A DNA stretch of 24,589 nt, taken from NCBI RefSeq assembly GCF_000181795.1, contig NW_003526941.1:2323376-2347964 (forward strand), written 5' to 3'. Each line of letters starts with the position of its first letter. The first letter of the stretch is position 1. Source of the DNA: Trichinella spiralis (taxonomy: Eukaryota). Under the pieces are notes generated by a model, which saw only the letters and a program-made list of their open reading frames with translations, ran no database searches and was not told the DNA's origin. The translations under genes and the position numbers were made by a program. Shown piece after piece: positions 23,856 to 24,589 of the stretch.

Positions 23856-24589
23856 TCATCAAAAAACAATCATTTCATTGAATTCTACGCTGTTCATGAT
23901 CTTAATTACTCATTGCGCATCTCAATGATACCAAGAATGTTGCTTTTTGATTCATATTTAGCTTTGTTCGTCATAATGAACGGCGCTTATGCAAATGAGT
24001 TTTAAATGTTGTATTTTGTCAAAATAATTAAATTCAGAGGGTGAAAATAAAATAAATTAACAATTTATGAAAATATAATACGCCTATGATTGGTATTTAT
24101 TCTAATTTTCGACATATTTGCATATAAGCTAAGTAAAACAAAAGGCGTACCTCCAGGGAAGTGCAATGTATTATTGAATTCTTTCCTCATATATGGAAAC
24201 AGTATTGTAATCCTATTAATTATAAATACTCTCAATTTTACGCAATTGATTCTTTAATGAGATATTTGGCAAAATAGCCTGATAGAAGCGGTGTCATTTA
24301 TAGAAGGAAATAATGCAATACTACATGAAAACTTTAATTCATTTTGTTCATTTTAATTAATTTTCATATCTATATTGTCTGCAATCAATGAAATTGCGTA
24401 ATTACAATTTTTTTAATTTGTAGCTGTCTGTATTACAAAAATGAATTTCAGGTACAAATTCTATTACGATCACGAACATTTGCTTGGAGGATATAAGTCG
24501 TATTTTTGAATAAATATTCATAGAATGCATTATATTTCATATTATCAGAGAGCGTAATTATTCCTCTAATCCGCTGGCTCCTAATAAAA
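23856..24589 (+). repeat. Diverged direct duplication, copy B (runs off the window end)
   Basis: Collinear with 21545-22292 at an offset of about 2.3 kb, with many substitutions and small indels. Confidence 0.9.

Noticed and set aside
21545..24589. Direct repeats as the paired LTRs of the gypsy element
   Set aside because: The integrase relic lies outside the pair, and no TG..CA termini, PBS or polypurine tract are evident.

Overview
AT-rich eukaryotic genomic DNA with short GT-AG introns. It is most consistent with a nematode, probably a Trichinella-like clade I parasite (inference from composition, intron style and gene content; not verified). Left to right: (1) a tandem array of four paralogous, intron-split S1A (chymotrypsin-fold) serine protease genes on the + strand (about 1.07-9.50 kb); (2) about 3 kb of AT-rich intergenic DNA; (3) a GC/CpG-rich noncoding island (about 13.6-15.5 kb) containing a clear bantam/miR-80-82-family pre-miRNA hairpin at 15012-15093; (4) a 12-exon KRI1 ribosome-biogenesis gene on the - strand; (5) a divergent 3-exon gene for a ~105-aa single-TM protein with a probable GC-AG intron; (6) a decayed Ty3/gypsy integrase fragment; (7) a ~740-bp diverged direct duplication flanking a 970-N assembly gap. 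The most unusual signal is in the proteases. All four keep His57/Asp102/Ser195 but share a rebuilt substrate pocket: Gly189, no Cys191-Cys220, hypervariable non-Gly 193, SWG 214-216 replaced by K-G-R/V-S-R/K-A-R/R-G-R with an invariant Arg, and a long 140s loop. This suggests a lineage-specific secreted family with altered specificity or a non-catalytic role. Exon structures were assembled by hand from splice signals and paralog comparison.
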